From the NCBI GenBank assembly GCA_963790475.1, contig CAWBOS010000013.1, positions 128,001 through 192,000 of the forward strand: a stretch of 64,000 nucleotides of DNA, written 5' to 3'. Numbering within the stretch: position 1 is the first letter of the stretch; the number at the start of each line of letters is the position of its first letter. The translations under genes and the position numbers were made by a program. The notes under the pieces are model-generated. The model had not been told where the DNA came from. It did no database searches and saw nothing but the letters and a program-made list of their open reading frames with translations. The stretch comes from an uncultured delta proteobacterium (lineage in GTDB: Bacteria; Desulfobacterota; RBG-13-43-22). Positions 59,624 through 64,000 of this stretch are shown here, piece after piece.

Positions 59624-62600
59624 TTAGTTTTTGATTTCATTTAAGTCAAGCGCCTCGGGTTGAGGGTCCTTTGGGGTCCGTCGGTGAAGCAGACTGAACA
59701 CCACGGGCACGAAGAACAGCGTCGCCACAGTGGCGATCACCAGGCCTCCAATCACCGCTCGGCCCAGCGGGGCGTTCTGCTCACCGCCCTCGCCCAGAGC
59801 CAGTGCCATAGGAAACATACCAATGATCATGGCCAAAGCCGTCATCAGCACCGGGCGCAGGCGGACGATACCCGCTTCCCGGGCCGAGGCCAGCGGGTCA
59901 CCGCCTTGCTGGAGCTGGCTGCGGGCAAAGCTTACCACCAGGATTGAGTTGGCCGTGGCCACCCCCAGGCTCATGATCGTCCCCATCAAAGCGGGAACAC
60001 TCACAGTGGTGACCGTCAGATAGAGTCCCCAGACCACGCCCGCCAGGGCACCGGGAAGCGCGGTAATGATGATAAACGGGTCGAGCCAGCTTTGAAAGAA
60101 AACGACCAGCAGCAGGTAGATGAAGACGATGGCCAGCCCCATTCCTACGGCCAGCCCGGTAAAGCTGGTGCTCATCGTATCCGCCTGTCCGCGCAACGCG
60201 ATGGAGCTCCCTTTCGGCAATTGTTTTTTCGCCTGCTCGATGAGGGGCTTGATGTCGGCCAGCACCCCGCCCAGATCCCGACCGCTGACGCCGCCGAAGA
60301 CGTCGATCACCGGCAGCACGTTGTAATGGGAAAAGATAGGGGATCCGCTGAGGCGTTCGAAGGTAGCGACGTTGGCCAGAATCTGGGCCCCGTTTTTGCC
60401 CGCCTGACCGGCGTTGACCGGGATCGAATTGAGCGCATCAAGCGAATCCATGGGATACTCGGGCACCCGCATGTTGACCGGATATTGGATGCCGTTTTTC
60501 GGGTTGAGCCAGTAGTTGGGTTGTGTCTGACTGCTGCCGCTGAGGCTGATGAGCACCGAGTTGGCCACATCGCGCTCGGTCAGGCCTATCTGAGAGGCCT
60601 TGGTACGATCCACGGCGAAGTGGATCTCGGGCTGGTCGGCCGGCTGTTGAACGCGCACATCGACCGCTCCGGGCACCCGGCGGATTTTTTCAACGAGGGT
60701 TGCCGCGATGGTCCGGCTTTTGTCGCGCTCCCGGCCGACGACCTGGATGTCGAAGGGGGCCGGCAGCCCGAAGTTGATGGTCTGATTGACAATGTCGGCG
60801 GGCAGGAAATAGAAGGTGGCCCCCGGAAAGTCGCGGTTGAGCCGGGCGCGCAATCGGCGCACGTACCCTTCGGTGGGCCGGTGGCCGTGGCTCAGTGAGA
60901 CGAGAATGTCGGCATCGCCGGTTCCTGTTAGACCGTTGTCGATGTACGCGAGGGGGACACCCCCGGAAGGCATGCCGATGTTATCGAGGATGCCCGCGAG
61001 GTCCCTGGCCGGGATCTCTTCCCGGATCACGGCCTCGACCCGGTCCACCATCCGGGTAGTCTCTTCGATGCGCGTCCCGCCGGGGGATCGCAAGTGCAGC
61101 CGGAACTGTCCGGCATCGACCGACGGGAAGAAGTCCTGGCCGAGATGCGGGATGAGCAGCCAGGTGCCGAGGCAAAAGACCAGGAAGAAAATTACGAAGA
61201 GTGCCCGATGCGCCAGTACGGTGCCCAGCATCCGGCGGTAGCCTTCCCTGAACCTACCGAAACCGCGGTCAAAGCTACCCTGCAGCGCCACAAACGGACG
61301 CCACCACAGCGAAACCGTGCCCGGATCGGCCGCATGGCCGCTATACTCGATGTTACGGTAGAACCACATGACCAGGGTCGGGACGAGCGTTCGCGAGAGC
61401 ACATAACTGGCCAGCATAGCGAAGACGACTGCCTCGGCCAGGGGCACGAAGAGATAATGCGACACGCCGGTGAGGAAGAACATGGGTACGAAGACAATGC
61501 AGATGCACAGCGTCGAAACCAGGGCCGGCAGGGCAATTTCCTGCGCTCCGTCGAGAATGGCCGGCACGGTCGTCTTGCCCAGGCGCCATCTGGCGATGAA
61601 TGCTCTCGATGGTCACCGTGGCATCATCCACCAGAATCCCGACGGCTAAAGCCAGTCCTCCCAGGGTCATCAGGTTGATAGTCTCACCCAAGGCGCTGAG
61701 CAGGACAATGGAACTCAGAATCGAAAGCGGAATCGAGATAGCAATGATGAACGTGCTCCGCCATGACCCCAGGAAGAGCAGAATCATGACCGCCGTCAGT
61801 AGCGCTGCGATCACCCCTTCCTTCACCACCCCACTTACGGCCGCGCGGACAAAGAGCGATTGGTCGGCGAATTCCTTGGCTTCCAGCTCGGGCGGCAGAC
61901 CGCTCAGGATCCGCGGCATGGCCTTTTTCACGCTGTCCACGACGCTGAGGGTCGAGGCCGCACCGCTCTTGAGGATGGTGAGCAGCACGCCGCGCACTCC
62001 GTTCAACCGGACCACATTGGTCTGTGGTAGGTAGCCGTCGTGGACCTGGGCCACATCGCCAACCCGGATCACGGCGCCGTTTACGGTTTTGACCGGGAGA
62101 TCGTTCAAAGCCGCGAGCACTGCCGGATTGCTGTTCAAGGAAACGTTATACTCCGTCTCGCCGATTTTTGCGGTGCCGCTGGGGAGGACGAAGTTCTGGG
62201 CATTGAAGGCATTGACCACATCCTGTGGAGCCAGGTTCTTCGCTTTCAGGGCCGGCAGATCGATATCAACGGCCACGACCCGCGCCTTCCCGCCGGCCGG
62301 ATAGGGCATGGAGGCGCCACGAACGGTTGAAAGACCTGGCTTCACGCGGTTCAGCGCCATATCCTGCAGCTCTTGCTCTGACAAGCTTTTGCTTGCGAGG
62401 CTATATTGGAGGATCGGCACCGAGGAAGCATTGTAGCGGATAATAAAAGGCGGGGTGATTCCCGGGGGAAGCAAACGGAGCGCCGTCTGTCCGGTGGCCG
62501 TGATCGACGCCACGCCTTCGGAAACCGAGGCGCCTGGCTGGAGGAAGACCTTGATCACGCCGGCGCCGTTGTAGGCGGTGGACTCCATATGCTCGAGATC

Positions 62601-62828
62601 GTTGACTAAGGTGGTGATCACGCGCTCGTGGTTGTAGATGATGCGCTCCTCCATCTCCCGGGCATTCAGGCCGTTATAGGTCCAGACCACACTGATGACC
62701 GGGATGTTGATCTCCGGGAAGATGTCCGTCGGCGTGCGGAGCAGCACGAACGGTGTCAGCAGCAAAAGCACCAGCGCCGCCACCACGAAGGTGTAGGGCC
62801 GGCGTAAGGCGAGTTGAACAATCCACAT
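59624..62828 (-). CDS. RND permease (one apparent frameshift ~61582)
   Basis: ALRRPYT, DIFPEI.IP, GILVDDA, RLRPVLMTA, APLGRAVIGG; the two ORFs join when one base is removed. Confidence 0.9.
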
Positions 62829-62966
62829 AATTTATTTCCTCGTTAGAAATATTTTCATTTTCCCACCCCTCGGGGAAAAGGCCATACCTTGATATAAGGG
62901 ACAGGAAATGTTCGTTGACGACCCTGGTCAGGGCCGGAACAAGATAACTGATTCCTGTAAAGCTAT

Positions 62967-63008
62967 AAAACTATTTAGTTATATAATCAAGTTATTTTCT
63001 ATTATCAA
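62967..63008 (-). promoter_or_regulatory. sigma70 promoter plus shared operator (RND operon)
   Basis: TTGATA-17-TATATA overlapping ATAACTAAATAGTTTT. Confidence 0.65.
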
Positions 63009-63172
63009 GAAAAAAATTATTTTAAAGGCCCGTTTGTTGATACTGGTTATGTCAGGAATCGATCAAAGAATAATCTTCCATTTCTTTCGAGGTGTAGACC
63101 CGAGTTTAGGAAAATTTTGAGGGGTGTCGAACAACTAAAAAGATTCAGTGATCCTTTTTTCTATTCATGAAA

Positions 63173-63415
63173 TTAAAGCTCCTTTTTCATTCTCTTGAAT
63201 TCCTCTTCCGTGATCTCTCCCAAGACAAACCGATTTTTTAAAATCATTAACGGGTCTTGAGTTTTCTGAACTTCATCGGTCGGAAGATTCCTGAGACGCG
63301 AAAAGAGATAAAAAATACCCCCCAAAAGCAACCCCCACACACTCAACTGAATCCATCAGGTCAACGGCCCCAACCCAAAATAGCGGTTTCCCCACCAGTA
63401 ACAATTCCACCACAT
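63173..63415 (-). pseudogene. SHOCT-domain membrane protein with an internal TGA
   Basis: MWWNCYWWG...PLT*WIQLSVWGLLLGGIFYLF...ILKNRFVLGEITEEEFKRMKKEL; TGA at 63356-63358. Confidence 0.65.
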
Positions 63416-63506
63416 GATTCAACCTCATTAAATCCTTAGAAGTCCCAAGTTAATCGGTTTTTGGAAATACTCATAAGGAACAGTCTTGATTGGTTATTTT
63501 TTCTTC

Positions 63507-63535
63507 TTGACATGGTCCTTATCCAACCATATTAT
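63507..63535 (+). promoter_or_regulatory. sigma70 promoter
   Basis: TTGACA-17-TATTAT. Confidence 0.65.
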
Positions 63536-63570
63536 TATGTAGTAATATATAAAAAACGCTGTGAGGGAAA

Positions 63571-64000
63571 ATGGGTTCTGGGGATATCACGCCAATACAG
63601 ATTGGGAATTTTCAGGTCGGGATGGTCGGGCTCAAGGAAATCATGGCCGACCTGGCCCCCTCTTTTTCCAAGGCCTCGGACGAAGAAATGGCCGGGGCCT
63701 TGATCCAACGGCTCTCCCCAAAAAATTATATACCCGAAAAGGCCAAACCCGAATACGGACGGGCCTTGGTTCGGGAATTCAGAAAATTTTTGGGTCAGGA
63801 AATCCATCCAGACCGAGAAGCTCAAGGCCTGGTCATCAGGGTCCTGGGTCAGGGCTGTGCCAATTGTCAGGCCCTTAGCCAGCGCATTATCGAGGTCCTG
63901 GCGGAATTGAAACTGGCGGCTGATTTTGAGCATGTTACCGATATCAAAGAGATCGCCCGTTACGGGATCCTGCAAAGCCCGGCCCTGCTGATTAACGATA
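63571..64000 (+). CDS. Thioredoxin-like (MTH895/redox-active disulfide protein 2) protein, partial
   Basis: Open to the window end; IRVLGQGCANC...EHVTDIKEIARYGILQSPALLIND. Confidence 0.8.
   Translation, partial: MGSGDITPIQIGNFQVGMVGLKEIMADLAPSFSKASDEEMAGALIQRLSPKNYIPEKAKPEYGRALVREFRKFLGQEIHPDREAQGLVIRVLGQGCANCQALSQRIIEVLAELKLAADFEHVTDIKEIARYGILQSPALLIND

Noticed and set aside
63356-63358. Selenocysteine in the SHOCT protein
   Set aside because: Lies in a Trp/Gly-rich membrane segment with no redox motif or evident SECIS; more likely a nonsense change or error

Overview
64-kb window from an anaerobic, selenocysteine-using bacterium. The gene content (DsrE/TusA/DsrMK-like module, HdrL-MvhD-MetVF, many REC/PAS kinases) suggests Desulfobacterota, which is an inference. 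1-30.4 kb is mostly core metabolism and signalling: a LarA-family enzyme, a MarR-controlled sulfur-transfer/heterodisulfide-reductase-like operon, msrAB, two-component genes, a sigma54-driven metF2-hdrL(Sec)-mvhD(Sec)-metV-metF operon, pckA and higBA. tRNA-Thr(CGT) at 30416-30490 carries a ~17-kb island closed by a 45-bp duplication of its 3' end (47540-47584). The island holds a TIR-TPR-DUF1566 protein, a type III R-M system and a 2.1-kb twin-tyrosine-recombinase element with terminal inverted repeats and a 7-bp flanking duplication. It also holds the most striking locus: Pif1-like helicase, J-domain protein, a TPR protein with an inserted, diverged copy of the RNA polymerase beta-prime clamp (candidate integrated decoy/sensor), YqaJ nuclease and HNH nuclease. 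Beyond it lie integrase and hsdR relics, three operons sharing one operator (porin-FmdE-TauE-FmdE; Enzyme I with a Sec-containing DedA-rhodanese; RND efflux) and a partial thioredoxin-like gene. Many single-base frameshifts look like assembly errors rather than true pseudogenes. All calls are from reading the sequence by eye; no searches were run.
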